The notes under the pieces are model-generated. The model was given only the letters and a program-made list of their open reading frames with translations, had not been told where the DNA came from and made no database searches. Shown piece by piece: positions 48,204-57,690 of a DNA stretch of 64,000 nucleotides; positions within the stretch are counted from its first letter, which is position 1, and each line of letters starts with the position of its first letter. The translations under genes were made by a program, and so were the position numbers. The stretch is taken from contig JADKZZ010000155.1 in assembly GCA_020848475.1 (NCBI GenBank), positions 4,652 to 68,651 of the forward strand, given 5' to 3'. The DNA comes from Chitinophagales bacterium. GTDB taxonomy: Bacteria; Bacteroidota; Bacteroidia; Chitinophagales; JADIYW01.

Positions 48204-48541
48204 TGAAAGCACTTATTCAAATCTTATTTTCAATATTTTTTATTATCGCAATTGCATCACATGTATATTTTGTCATCGTAGATGATGGACAGCCATTTTG
48301 GTGGCACGCAATCTATTACATTACTTATGGTGGATGTTGGTGGATGTTGCAATTGCACAATAAAAAAGCATTAGCTATGTATATAGTATTAGCAATTTTT
48401 CCATTTGTAACACATGCTAATATTATATTTCAACACTATCCAAAATTAGATTTCCTATTTTGGATTGGATTCATTGTTTGCATTATGCTTTTTTTCGGAG
48501 TGATATGGATAAAAAAAACCATTGTAGAAACAATGGTTTAA
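48203..48541 (+). CDS. small membrane protein, function unknown
   Basis: 112-aa ORF with about 4 TM segments. Its ATG overlaps the stop of the YihY gene by 1 nt (taATGa), suggesting translational coupling. Confidence 0.45.
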   Translation: MKALIQILFSIFFIIAIASHVYFVIVDDGQPFWWHAIYYITYGGCWWMLQLHNKKALAMYIVLAIFPFVTHANIIFQHYPKLDFLFWIGFIVCIMLFFGVIWIKKTIVETMV

Positions 48542-48576
48542 AAACAAACGGTTTTTATGTTGGGGAACATTATTTT

Positions 48577-49353
48577 CTAGTCTTCAAACCGTAAATGTTT
48601 TATTGTACTGGTTCTGTTCATTAATTGTTGTAGTGATGCGATGCCGATTTGTAAATGTAAATCAACAAAATTTGTCGTAATTTTTTTGTCACTTTCTTCT
48701 GTTTTTACGCCTTCAGGAATCATAGGTTGGTCTGACACTAATAACAAGGCGCCAACAGGAATTTCGTTAGCAAATGCAACAGAAAATACAGTTGCCGTTT
48801 CCATATCTATTGCCATTGCACGAATGGTTCTCAAATACTCTTTAAACTTTTCATCGTGTTCCCATACACGTCTATTAGTTGTGTAAACGGTGCCTGTCCA
48901 ATAATCTTGGTTGTGCTCACGAATAGTAGTAGAAATAGCCTTTTGTAGCGCAAAAGAAGGTAATGCAGGCACTTCCGCAGGGAAATAATCATTAGATGTA
49001 CCATCTCCGCGAATAGCTGCAATAGGCAATATAAAATCTCCTAATTCATTCTTCTTTTTTAATCCACCACATTTTCCTAAAAACAAAGCCGCTTTAGGTT
49101 TAATGGCTGACAATAAATCCATCATTGTTGCCGCTAATGCGCTGCCCATTCCAAAATTGATAATGGTAATATTATGAGCAGTAGCATTCAACATGGGTTT
49201 GTCTTCGCCTTCTACTATTACATTATTCCACTCAGCAAATAAATGCACATATTTAGAAAAATTTGTCAGCAAGATATACTCTCCAAAGTCTTCTAAATTT
49301 TTTCCTGTATAGCGTGGCAACCAATTTTGAACAATCTCCTCTTTTGATTTCAT
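48577..49353 (-). CDS. AMP nucleosidase-like protein (short form, PNP_UDP_1 nucleoside phosphorylase fold)
   Basis: 258-aa ORF. The N-terminal EEIVQNWLPRYTG...FGEYILLTNF and MAIDMETATVF blocks match the short AMP nucleosidase annotated in Bacteroidota. Confidence 0.65.
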   Translation of the reverse strand: MKSKEEIVQNWLPRYTGKNLEDFGEYILLTNFSKYVHLFAEWNNVIVEGEDKPMLNATAHNITIINFGMGSALAATMMDLLSAIKPKAALFLGKCGGLKKKNELGDFILPIAAIRGDGTSNDYFPAEVPALPSFALQKAISTTIREHNQDYWTGTVYTTNRRVWEHDEKFKEYLRTIRAMAIDMETATVFSVAFANEIPVGALLLVSDQPMIPEGVKTEESDKKITTNFVDLHLQIGIASLQQLMNRTSTIKHLRFED

Positions 49354-49356
49354 GTA

Positions 49357-49737
49357 TTAGTATTGGATATTTTTTTTGTTCAAATCGAATGTAATAGGCA
49401 ACACAACCATTTCTTTTTTAGGTGCACCATTGTTTTGAGCTGGCGACCATTTTGGCATATTTTTTATAATGCGTAATGCTTCTGTGTCCAGCACCAAATG
49501 TGATGACTTGAGAATACGTACATTCGTTAAAGAACCATCTTCATTTACTGTAAATGCAACGAGCGATTGACCTTGGTATTTCTGTTTTTGTGCTTCTTCA
49601 GGATATTTTAAATGTGTATCTAAATACTGTGCTAATGCTTTTTCGCCACCAGGAAATTGCGGTCGTAAAACACCGTCAGATTTTGCAAATGCTTGTGTGC
49701 TTAACATAAGCATCACTACATAAATTAATGTTTTCAT
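49357..49737 (-). CDS. secreted TonB C-terminal domain protein
   Basis: 126-aa ORF with a signal peptide, then PQFPGGEKALAQYL...YPEEAQKQKYQGQSLVAFTVNEDGSLTNVRILKS...LDTEALRII, the classical TonB_C fold signature. Confidence 0.7.
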   Translation of the reverse strand: MKTLIYVVMLMLSTQAFAKSDGVLRPQFPGGEKALAQYLDTHLKYPEEAQKQKYQGQSLVAFTVNEDGSLTNVRILKSSHLVLDTEALRIIKNMPKWSPAQNNGAPKKEMVVLPITFDLNKKNIQY

Positions 49738-49995
49738 TGCTAATAATTTGATTAAACCATTGCTGATTACACAGCATTAAGCATATCAAATTTAAAAGAA
49801 AGCATTAAAGTATTTTGTGTTAATTACTAATAAATGTGGATAAGTCTAATAACTCAAAATATTGAATAGCAAATATTTACCACATCAAAATAAAGCAAAA
49901 GATGAATACATTTTTATTCCTGCAAGATATAAGTTTTAAAAACCATTTATCTAATCAAGATAAAACTATACCATGAGTAAAAAACAGACTGACTA

Positions 49996-51405
49996 TTATG
50001 GAAATACGCCTAATTTCAAATAAGTAACACCTATTTTATCCAATGCATCTACATAAGCTGCCGTGCGCAAGCTATTCATCTTTTTATGTCGTTTTAATAT
50101 CGTTCTGATATTTTCATACGAATTAATCATAGTATCTTCTAAGCCTGAGCGCACAATATCTAATTCATCTGCGCCGCGCAATGCATCTTTTTCTCTGTTT
50201 GAAATTCTACGACCTGTATTACCTTCAATTAAATCGATAATTTTATTGAAAGAGTCATCTTGGTGTCTATGGTCTAAACGACCAAAACTAACATGCGATA
50301 AATTTTTTAGCCATTCAAAATAAGAAACGGTAACACCGCCAGCATTCAAATACATATCAGGCACCACCATTACACCTTTTTTAGATAAAATAGCTTCTCC
50401 ATTTGGTGTAATCGGACCATTTGCACCTTCGCCAATTATTTTTGCTTTTATTTTAGCTGCATTGTCTTTGGTAATCTGATTTTCTAATGCCGCAGGAATT
50501 AAAATATCGCACACTTCTTCCATTAGCAAGTTAGATTGTTTAATAAATTTTGCCTTTGGATAATTGCGTATCGTTTTATTTTCGATTTGGAATTTTTTCA
50601 AGTCATCGACATCAATACCTTTAGCATTGTACAAGCCACCTTCGTACTCTGCAACGCCTACGATTATTGCACCATTTTCTTGCAAAACACGTGCTGCATG
50701 ATAGCCAACATTTCCGAAACCTTGAATGATAACTGTTTTGCCTTCGATGCCTGTTTCTAATCCAATTTTTTTCATATCATCAGCATAGGAACAAGCTTGT
50801 TTTAGGCCATAAAAAATACCTCTTCCCGTTGCTTCCGTTCTGCCGTGCACACCACCTTGCCCAATCGGTTTGCCAGTAACGCAAGCTTGTGCATTGAGTT
50901 CTTGTTGATTGAATTGCATAAAAGTATCAGCAATCCAACTCATTTCGCGCTCGCCCGTGCCATAGTCTGGTGCCGGAACGTCTAAAGCAGGTCCGATAAA
51001 TCCTTTTTTTATCAATTCAAAAGTATAGCGACGAGTGATACGTTCGAGCTCATCTTCTGTATATTCTTTTGGATTGATTTTGATGCCACCTTTGGCGCCA
51101 CCAAACGGCACATTCACCACAGCACATTTGTAAGTCATTAGTGCGGCGAGTGCCATCACTTCATCTTGGTTAACCATATCGCTATATCGAATACCGCCTT
51201 TTGTTGGCAATCGATGATGTGAGTGCTGCACGCGATAAGCTTCTATTACTTGAATTTTGTCTTTAATTTTTACAGGGAAATTAATCTGGTAAACAGCATT
51301 GCAAACTTTGATTTGCTCGATTAATCCTTTAGGAAAATTAGTGAAACCTGCAGCCTGATCTACATAAGTGGCTACGTTCTGAAAAAATTTAACTTGTTCG
51401 CTCAT
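49996..51405 (-). CDS. gdh: glutamate dehydrogenase, GLUD1-like (animal/ciliate-type) subclass
   Basis: 469-aa ORF with KGGIRY and LMTYKCAVVNVPFGGAKGGIKINP (catalytic Lys region), QGFGNVG (dinucleotide fold) and NAGGVTVSYFEWLKNL. Confidence 0.9.
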   Translation of the reverse strand: MSEQVKFFQNVATYVDQAAGFTNFPKGLIEQIKVCNAVYQINFPVKIKDKIQVIEAYRVQHSHHRLPTKGGIRYSDMVNQDEVMALAALMTYKCAVVNVPFGGAKGGIKINPKEYTEDELERITRRYTFELIKKGFIGPALDVPAPDYGTGEREMSWIADTFMQFNQQELNAQACVTGKPIGQGGVHGRTEATGRGIFYGLKQACSYADDMKKIGLETGIEGKTVIIQGFGNVGYHAARVLQENGAIIVGVAEYEGGLYNAKGIDVDDLKKFQIENKTIRNYPKAKFIKQSNLLMEEVCDILIPAALENQITKDNAAKIKAKIIGEGANGPITPNGEAILSKKGVMVVPDMYLNAGGVTVSYFEWLKNLSHVSFGRLDHRHQDDSFNKIIDLIEGNTGRRISNREKDALRGADELDIVRSGLEDTMINSYENIRTILKRHKKMNSLRTAAYVDALDKIGVTYLKLGVFP

Positions 51406-51409
51406 AATT

Positions 51410-51622
51410 TTAATTTTTTACATCTTGTTCGAGCTTCTTTATCTTTTTCTCTAAAGAGAAAAGGAAAATGAAAATGCCCAACAAGATGATAGCAGCAATC
51501 ACAATAACAGCATTTAGCTTGCTATTTTCAACTAATTGGTCAGCTACATTCGTTGTTTGTGCATTTAACATTTTAGAAACACTCACGAAAAGTAAAATTA
51601 AAATTGCATTTTTTTTAGACAT
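51410..51622 (-). CDS. CcmD-like small membrane protein
   Basis: 70-aa ORF with an N-terminal signal-like segment, a single TM VIVIAAIILLGIFIFLF and a basic LEKKIKKLEQ tail. It sits directly after ccmC. The pattern matches Bacteroidota 'CcmD family' proteins as I remember them. Confidence 0.5.
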   Translation of the reverse strand: MSKKNAILILLFVSVSKMLNAQTTNVADQLVENSKLNAVIVIAAIILLGIFIFLFSLEKKIKKLEQDVKN

Positions 51623-51717
51623 AATGTAAAAATATTTTTTATCTAAGAATAATTCGTTGATTTAGAGTAATAAAATATAAGTAGAAAACTGACCATTTAT
51701 ACTCCATTTTTCTAATT

Positions 51718-52392
51718 TCATAAGATATCGAGTTGATGTTTTTTTCGATATACTTTTTCAATTCTGATAATTAATGTAGTAATCCAAAGTGATAACAATA
51801 TCCAACCTATTACAGCAGGATAAAATACCATTCGTAAATCGCTATCTAAATCATAGGAATTAAATCCTGGATTTCCACCATTTCCAGGATGCAAAGAGGA
51901 GTTACTGATACGAGGAATTACATTGATTAACACCATAAACATCGTAAAAGCAAAAATGGAATACACAGCAGAAAATCGTGCTTTCTTCTCTTCGTCATCA
52001 AATGAGCCACGCAAAATGAAGTAGGCTGCATAAATGAGTAATGCTGCTGCTGCGCCATTTAATTTTACTTCTTGAAAAACCCACCAAGCGCCCCAAGTTG
52101 CTCGCGCCCAAACAGCACCTGTGATGATGCCTAAGAAGCCGAAGAAAAAACCAACTTTAGCGAATGCTGCTGCTTTGATATCTGCATCGATTTGTTGCTT
52201 GCTTAAATACAAAATACTATAACACATCGAGACGAACATTAACAACATCATGGCAAACCACATGGGCACATGAAAGTATAAGTTGCGTATAGATTGTTCT
52301 AATATATCCAATTCTGGTACTGTGCCTTTAAATCCAAAATAAACTGTATAGAACAATAACAGTATGCTTAGATATTTCCACCAATTTTTCAT
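51718..52392 (-). CDS. ccmC: heme exporter protein CcmC / cytochrome c assembly protein
   Basis: 224-aa six-TM ORF with the Trp-rich motif WARATWGAWWVF and conserved His residues flanking it. Confidence 0.75.
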   Translation of the reverse strand: MKNWWKYLSILLLFYTVYFGFKGTVPELDILEQSIRNLYFHVPMWFAMMLLMFVSMCYSILYLSKQQIDADIKAAAFAKVGFFFGFLGIITGAVWARATWGAWWVFQEVKLNGAAAALLIYAAYFILRGSFDDEEKKARFSAVYSIFAFTMFMVLINVIPRISNSSLHPGNGGNPGFNSYDLDSDLRMVFYPAVIGWILLSLWITTLIIRIEKVYRKKHQLDIL

Positions 52393-52464
52393 AATTCTTT
52401 TTCCAAATGGAATTTTTAATTGTCAATTATTAATGAATAAAGTGCTTTAAAAACTGAAAGCAAC

Positions 52465-53115
52465 TTAATCACGCCAAATATACGGAAACAAAACGATTGA
52501 AAGTATGAGCGTTATCACATCTAACATGGCGATAGCACCAAGATGCATATAAATATCTTTTTGTTGAATGGCAAAATTGGATAGCTCACTCATTTTTACG
52601 ATGAGTAATAACAATGGCAATATTATTGGAAATCCTAAGATAGCAAGCAACACAAAATTTTGAGTACGTGCTGTAATAGCAGATAATAAAGTAAATAAAT
52701 TTGAAAATCCGATAGCACCAAGGATAATTGTCAGCAAGAAAAGTCCTTTGTTTTCTATATTTTCATTAAAAAACAAGATCATTACTAAATAAATAATGAG
52801 AGATAAAATGGTAATTAAAAAAGCGTTGTAAATAATTTTAGAAAAGATGATTTCTAAAGGTGTTGCTATTGAGCGTAAATAATAAAATTGTTCATTAGCA
52901 TCTTTTAAAAAGGAACGAGAAACGGCATTTACTGTTGTAAATAATGCAATCACCCAAAATAAAGCAATCCAAACTGGAATTGTAATATGGCCTTGAAAAA
53001 CTAAATAAATCAGAAAGCTAGTGCCTAACACGTAAATAAATATAGTGCCTAGCGCAGTTTTCTGGCGCCATTCTAATTGCAATTCTTTGCGAACAAGTTT
53101 TAGTATATTTACCAC
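52465..53115 (-). CDS. ccmB: heme exporter protein CcmB
   Basis: 216-aa six-TM ORF. The N-terminal KELQLEWRQK pattern, the size and the position next to ccmC fit CcmB. Confidence 0.65.
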   Translation of the reverse strand: MVNILKLVRKELQLEWRQKTALGTIFIYVLGTSFLIYLVFQGHITIPVWIALFWVIALFTTVNAVSRSFLKDANEQFYYLRSIATPLEIIFSKIIYNAFLITILSLIIYLVMILFFNENIENKGLFLLTIILGAIGFSNLFTLLSAITARTQNFVLLAILGFPIILPLLLLIVKMSELSNFAIQQKDIYMHLGAIAMLDVITLILSIVLFPYIWRD

Positions 53116-53177
53116 ACTTTATATTTTTCAAAACAAAATTAGCTTATTTTGGATTGATTTTTGCTACTAAAAAGAAT

Positions 53178-53783
53178 ATGCTAGTATTAAACAATATAAA
53201 AATCACTATATCAATTTTCGTCATTGCTTGTATGCTATTTATACAACCAGCATTTGCAAAAAAGAAAAAGAAAGATAAAGCAAAAAAAGATTATAGTTTT
53301 ACTAGCAAAAACAGTGATTCGGTTTGGAGAAAAGTAGTTCCATTTGATTTATCAAATACCACATTTACAGCATTAAAATCAAATAATATTGACGGCATAT
53401 TATGGTTTGCCAAGCAACAATTAGGGACACCTTATAAGTATGCTTCTGCTGACCCTAAAAATGGTGGACTCGATTGTTCTGGTTTTTTATTTTATGTATA
53501 TACACACTTCAAAATAAAAGTTCCACGCACTTCAAAAGACTACATGAATTTTGGTAAAAGTATATCAACCAATAAGATTCAAAAGGGTGATGTATTAATC
53601 TTTACTGGCTCCGATGCTAGCCAAAAAATAGCTGGTCACGTAGGTATGGTCATAGAAACAAACGATGGTGAAATATCCTTTATTCATGGTGCTTCTGGCA
53701 AAGGTAAAGGTGTAACTATTTCTAAATTATCAGAATCATATTATACTACAAGATTTTTAAAGGCAGTACGAATTGTCAATTAA
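53178..53783 (+). CDS. C40 family (NlpC/P60) peptidoglycan endopeptidase
   Basis: Signal peptide, then GTPYKYASADPKNGGLDCSGFLFYVY (catalytic Cys) and GHVGMV (His). The start is placed at MLVLNNIK (53178). Confidence 0.8.
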   Translation: MLVLNNIKITISIFVIACMLFIQPAFAKKKKKDKAKKDYSFTSKNSDSVWRKVVPFDLSNTTFTALKSNNIDGILWFAKQQLGTPYKYASADPKNGGLDCSGFLFYVYTHFKIKVPRTSKDYMNFGKSISTNKIQKGDVLIFTGSDASQKIAGHVGMVIETNDGEISFIHGASGKGKGVTISKLSESYYTTRFLKAVRIVN

Positions 53784-53884
53784 ATGAAAAATCAAAAATA
53801 GCTAATGCTAATTAATGGTTGCTAAAAGCGATGTGCTTTTTCACTTTCATTTAAAATACTTATTTTTACCCAGCAAGATAAATT

Positions 53885-55363
53885 ATGAAGAAAATTTTAA
53901 TAGCAAATAGAGGCGAGATAGCCTTACGTGTGATGCGCACATGCAAACAAATGGGCATTTCAACGGTTGCAATATATTCCGAAGCAGATAGAAATTCGCC
54001 GCATGTACGTTTTGCTGATGAAGCCGTTTGTGTAGGTGCTGCCGCTTCTAAGGAATCATATCTAAAAATAGATACAATAATTGAAGTATGTAAATCATTA
54101 CATGTCGATGGTGTGCACCCAGGATATGGTTTTTTAAGTGAAAATGCTGTATTTGCAAAAGCATGTAAAGACAATGGCATAACATTTATAGGACCTAGTG
54201 TAGAAGCAATAGAAATAATGGGCAGCAAATTGGCCGCGAAGCAAGCAGTATCGAAGTTTGACGTGCCATTAGTACCTGGTACTGACCAACCGATTGCGGA
54301 CATCAATGAAGCCAAAAACCTTGCTGAAGCAATCGGATTTCCAATTTTGATAAAGGCAAGTGCTGGTGGTGGCGGAAAAGGTATGCGAATTGTGAATAAT
54401 GTGGAAGAATTTGAAGAACAAATGAAATTGGCTGTTTCTGAAGCTACTTCTGCATTTGGTGATGGTAGTGTTTTTATTGAAAAGTTTGTTACTTCACCTC
54501 GACATATCGAAATACAAATTTTGGGCGATACGCATGGAAATATTGTGCATCTTTTTGAACGTGATTGTTCTGTACAAAGAAGACATCAAAAAGTAGTAGA
54601 AGAGGCACCGAGTGCTGTGCTAACACCAGCCTTGCGCAAGCAAATGGGCGAAGCAGCAGTACAAGTGGCTAAGTCAGTAAATTACATCGGTGCAGGCACA
54701 GTAGAGTTTATTGTAAATGCTAATTTAGATTTCTATTTTTTAGAAATGAATACGCGATTACAAGTTGAACATCCTGTTACAGAAATGATTACAGGTATAG
54801 ACTTAGTGAAAGAACAAATCAATATAGCTCGTGGCGAAAAAATATCTTTTGGACAAGATGACTTAAAAATACAAGGACATGCGATTGAATTACGTGTGTA
54901 TGCTGAAGATCCTGAGAATAATTTTCTACCAGATATCGGAAAATTAGAAGCATATCAAATACCGAAAGGCGAAGGCATTCGTGTTGATGATGGTTTTGAT
55001 GAAGGTATGGACATTCCAATTTATTACGATCCTATGATTGCTAAACTAATTGCACACGGTAGCAACAGAAAAGATGCCATAGAAAAATTAAAAAAAGCAA
55101 TAATTGATTATAACATAGTCGGTGTAAAAACAACCTTACCATTCGGTGAATTTGTCTTACATCACTCCGCTTTTACAACAGGAAATTTTGACACAAAGTT
55201 TGTTGACAATTATTATCATCCTAGTAAAATAAATAAAACTGAATTGGCATTAGCAACATTAATTGTAGCAAAGCTATTTGAGGAAAAAGGCCAAACATTT
55301 GAACATGTTTCAGAAGGAAACATCAAAAATGAAACAAATTGGAAGAACAATAGAATGGAATAA
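53885..55363 (+). CDS. accC: biotin carboxylase (acetyl-/acyl-CoA carboxylase biotin carboxylase subunit)
   Basis: 492-aa ORF with MKKILIANRGEIALRV, ATP-grasp GGGGKGMR, EMNTRLQVEHPVTE and HAIELRVYAEDP. No BCCP gene is adjacent. Confidence 0.9.
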   Translation: MKKILIANRGEIALRVMRTCKQMGISTVAIYSEADRNSPHVRFADEAVCVGAAASKESYLKIDTIIEVCKSLHVDGVHPGYGFLSENAVFAKACKDNGITFIGPSVEAIEIMGSKLAAKQAVSKFDVPLVPGTDQPIADINEAKNLAEAIGFPILIKASAGGGGKGMRIVNNVEEFEEQMKLAVSEATSAFGDGSVFIEKFVTSPRHIEIQILGDTHGNIVHLFERDCSVQRRHQKVVEEAPSAVLTPALRKQMGEAAVQVAKSVNYIGAGTVEFIVNANLDFYFLEMNTRLQVEHPVTEMITGIDLVKEQINIARGEKISFGQDDLKIQGHAIELRVYAEDPENNFLPDIGKLEAYQIPKGEGIRVDDGFDEGMDIPIYYDPMIAKLIAHGSNRKDAIEKLKKAIIDYNIVGVKTTLPFGEFVLHHSAFTTGNFDTKFVDNYYHPSKINKTELALATLIVAKLFEEKGQTFEHVSEGNIKNETNWKNNRME

Positions 55364-55380
55364 GAAAAAGAGAAAAAATA

Positions 55381-55416
55381 AAAAATGCGAAGTAATACTA
55401 CTTCGCATTTTTTTTT
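55381..55416. terminator. bidirectional intrinsic terminator between accC and tRNA-Ser
   Basis: Stem atgcgaagta / tacttcgcat (55385-55394 / 55399-55408) flanked by an A5 run and a T9 run. Confidence 0.7.
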
Positions 55417-55417
55417 G

Positions 55418-55502
55418 CAGAGAGAGAGGGATTCGAACCCCCGGACCTGTTACAGTCAACGGTTTTCAAGACCGCCGCATTCGACCGCTCTGCCATCTCT
55501 CT
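55418..55502 (-). tRNA. tRNA-Ser (anticodon UGA), class II with long variable arm
   Basis: Hand fold of the reverse strand. Acceptor is AGAGAGA/TCTCTCT, the D region contains GGCAGAGCGGTCGAATGC, the anticodon loop is CTTGAAA, the variable arm is GACTGTAACAGGTCC, and the T arm is GGGGG-TTCGAAT-CCCTC with discriminator G. It is 85 nt. Confidence 0.9.
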
Positions 55503-55549
55503 AGGCATTACAAAAATAACATTTCTGTATTGATTTCGCAATCGGAGTG

Positions 55550-55557
55550 CAAATATA
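55550..55557 (-). promoter_or_regulatory. -7 promoter box (TATATTTG on the minus strand) for tRNA-Ser
   Basis: The reverse complement reads tgTATATTTGCACTCcg, the same extended motif seen at tRNA-Glu and tRNA-Val. It lies 47 nt upstream of the tRNA 5' end. Confidence 0.45.
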
Positions 55558-55612
55558 CAATAGTTTTTCTGATTTAAAATTAATATAGTATGAAAATTTT
55601 CACATAATATGA

Positions 55613-55640
55613 ATAAAAAACCACGACCTAAGTCGTGGTT
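55613..55640 (-). terminator. intrinsic terminator after metK
   Basis: Stem aaccacgac / gtcgtggtt (55619-55627 / 55632-55640). The minus-strand U-run comes from the A6 tract at 55615-55620. Confidence 0.7.
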
Positions 55641-55662
55641 GAAAATAATTGGTTTGTGTATT

Positions 55663-56943
55663 TTATTTTATGCTGAAAGCTTTTTTTACTTTATCTACAT
55701 AATCTAATTTTTCCCAAGTAAATAATTCAACTTGTACTTTTTTCTCGTTGTCTTTTCCTTTATTAAATACTTTTGTTACTACTTCATTTTTTCTACCCAT
55801 GTGACCATATGCTGCTGTTTCACTATAAATTGGATTACGCAATTTAAAACGTTGCTCTATAGCATAAGGACGCATGTCAAATATTTTTTCTGCGATGCGT
55901 GCAATTTGACCATCGGTTAAATTTACTTTTGCAGTCCCATATGTATCGATGAACAAACCGCAAGGTTTAGCTACGCCAATAGCATAAGAAACTTGTACTA
56001 ATACTTCGTCACAAACACCTGCAGCTACTAAGTTTTTTGCTAGATGGCGAGTAGCATACGCTGCACTTCTGTCCACTTTACTTGGATCTTTACCTGAGAA
56101 TGCACCACCGCCGTGTGCACCTTTACCGCCATAAGTATCCACGATTATTTTTCTTCCTGTTAAACCAGTATCACCATGTGGGCCACCAATTACAAACTTT
56201 CCTGTTGGATTGATATGGTAAGTAATTTTATCGTTGAATAATTTTTGAATGGCTGGTTTTAATTGTTTTTTTACACGAGGAATAATAACTTCAATTATAT
56301 CTTTTTTGATTTTTGCTAACATTTTTGCATCAGAATCAAAATCGTCATGTTGTGTAGAAACAACAATTGTATCAATACGGATAGGTTGGTTATCGTCGTT
56401 ATACTCGATAGTTACTTGACTTTTTGCGTCAGGACGTAAATACTTCAACTCCTTTCCTGCTCTACGTGTTTTTGATAATTCTTGTAAGATTTTGTGTGCA
56501 ATATCTAAAGCCAATGGCATATAGTTATCTGTTTCTTTTGTTGCATAACCAAACATCATACCTTGGTCGCCAGCACCTTGTGCATTTGCCTTGGTTTCGA
56601 AATCTTCTTTTTTAGATTTTCTGTCAACGCCTTGGTTGATGTCGGAAGATTGTTCGTGAATAGCAGAAAAAATACCGCAAGAATTAGCTTCGAACATGTA
56701 TTCTGATTTGGTATAACCAATTTTTCTGATAACCTCACGAGCAATGTCTTGCACATCTAAATATGCTTTAGACTTTACTTCACCTGCTAAAACCACTTGA
56801 CCTGTGGTGACTAATGTTTCGCATGCTACTTTTGATTGCGCATCATACGCTAAAAAATTATCAATTAAAGCATCTGAAATTTGGTCTGCTACTTTATCAG
56901 GGTGACCTTCTGATACTGATTCTGACGTAAATAAATAAGGCAT
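55663..56943 (-). CDS. metK: S-adenosylmethionine synthase (methionine adenosyltransferase)
   Basis: 426-aa ORF with [46 protein letters not shown] and [16 protein letters not shown]. Confidence 0.95.
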   Translation of the reverse strand: MPYLFTSESVSEGHPDKVADQISDALIDNFLAYDAQSKVACETLVTTGQVVLAGEVKSKAYLDVQDIAREVIRKIGYTKSEYMFEANSCGIFSAIHEQSSDINQGVDRKSKKEDFETKANAQGAGDQGMMFGYATKETDNYMPLALDIAHKILQELSKTRRAGKELKYLRPDAKSQVTIEYNDDNQPIRIDTIVVSTQHDDFDSDAKMLAKIKKDIIEVIIPRVKKQLKPAIQKLFNDKITYHINPTGKFVIGGPHGDTGLTGRKIIVDTYGGKGAHGGGAFSGKDPSKVDRSAAYATRHLAKNLVAAGVCDEVLVQVSYAIGVAKPCGLFIDTYGTAKVNLTDGQIARIAEKIFDMRPYAIEQRFKLRNPIYSETAAYGHMGRKNEVVTKVFNKGKDNEKKVQVELFTWEKLDYVDKVKKAFSIK

Positions 56944-57056
56944 TTATTAGTATGTTTATTGATGATGAATAAAAAATTTAAAATTAGACTTCAAAAATAA
57001 TTAAAGTTCTATTGAAAACAAAATTTGTTGCACTAATTAACTGCGATTTAGATAGA

Positions 57057-57662
57057 CTATTTGATTTCACAACGAACAATTGCATTATTATCTACGAAAC
57101 CTTCTAATACATCACCAATTTTTACAGCACCAACACCTTGAGGCGTACCCGTGTAAATTAAATCGCCTTGTTGTAGGGTGAAAAATTTAGATATATAACT
57201 TATTATTTCATCAAACGAAAAAATAAGCATGGACGTATCGCCTTGTTGCACAATTTGATTGTTTTTTTTGATTGTAAATGATATAAGTTGACCTTGTTGA
57301 AGTGGTATAAAATCACCTATAAAAGCAGAGCCATCAAAGCCTTTTGCAATTTCCCATGGCCAGCCTTTTTTCTTTTGTTCTGCTTGAATATCACGTGCTG
57401 TAAAATCAAAACCTATGGTGAATGCATCGTAGTATTTATGTGCAAATTTTTTATCTATTTTTTTTCCATTTTTACAAACGCGCAATACAATTTCTCCTTC
57501 ATAATGTACATCTTGAGAAAATTCAGGATGGAAAAAAGCTTGTCCATTTTTCAAGAGTGCTGTTGGCGGTTTCATAAAGATGACAGGATTGTCAGGAAAT
57601 GCGAAATGTTTCATTTCAACAATATGTTCTTTATAGTTCAGTCCGACGCAAAATATTTTCAT
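57057..57662 (-). CDS. fumarylacetoacetate hydrolase (FAH) family protein
   Basis: 201-aa ORF starting MKIFCVGLNYKEH, with YEGEIVLRV, and GDLIYTGTPQGVG blocks of the FAH/2-keto-4-pentenoate hydratase family. Confidence 0.8.
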   Translation of the reverse strand: MKIFCVGLNYKEHIVEMKHFAFPDNPVIFMKPPTALLKNGQAFFHPEFSQDVHYEGEIVLRVCKNGKKIDKKFAHKYYDAFTIGFDFTARDIQAEQKKKGWPWEIAKGFDGSAFIGDFIPLQQGQLISFTIKKNNQIVQQGDTSMLIFSFDEIISYISKFFTLQQGDLIYTGTPQGVGAVKIGDVLEGFVDNNAIVRCEIK

Positions 57663-57690
57663 GTTCGTATTGGATAATTATGAGAAAAAA

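Noticed and set aside
53866-54315. 149-aa minus-strand ORF overlapping the 5' part of accC, and similar antisense ORFs at 10513-10923, 13666-14061, 57288-57677 and 62025-62411
   Set aside because: Each is antisense to a strongly recognisable gene (accC, NamZ-like, asparaginase-domain/RDD, FAH, rplY). They have no signal, motif or promoter/terminator support, so I treat them as spurious.
56944-57056. Possible SAM riboswitch upstream of metK
   Set aside because: The region is about 110 nt of nearly pure A/T with no GC-rich helices or conserved SAM-I/II/IV elements that I can see.
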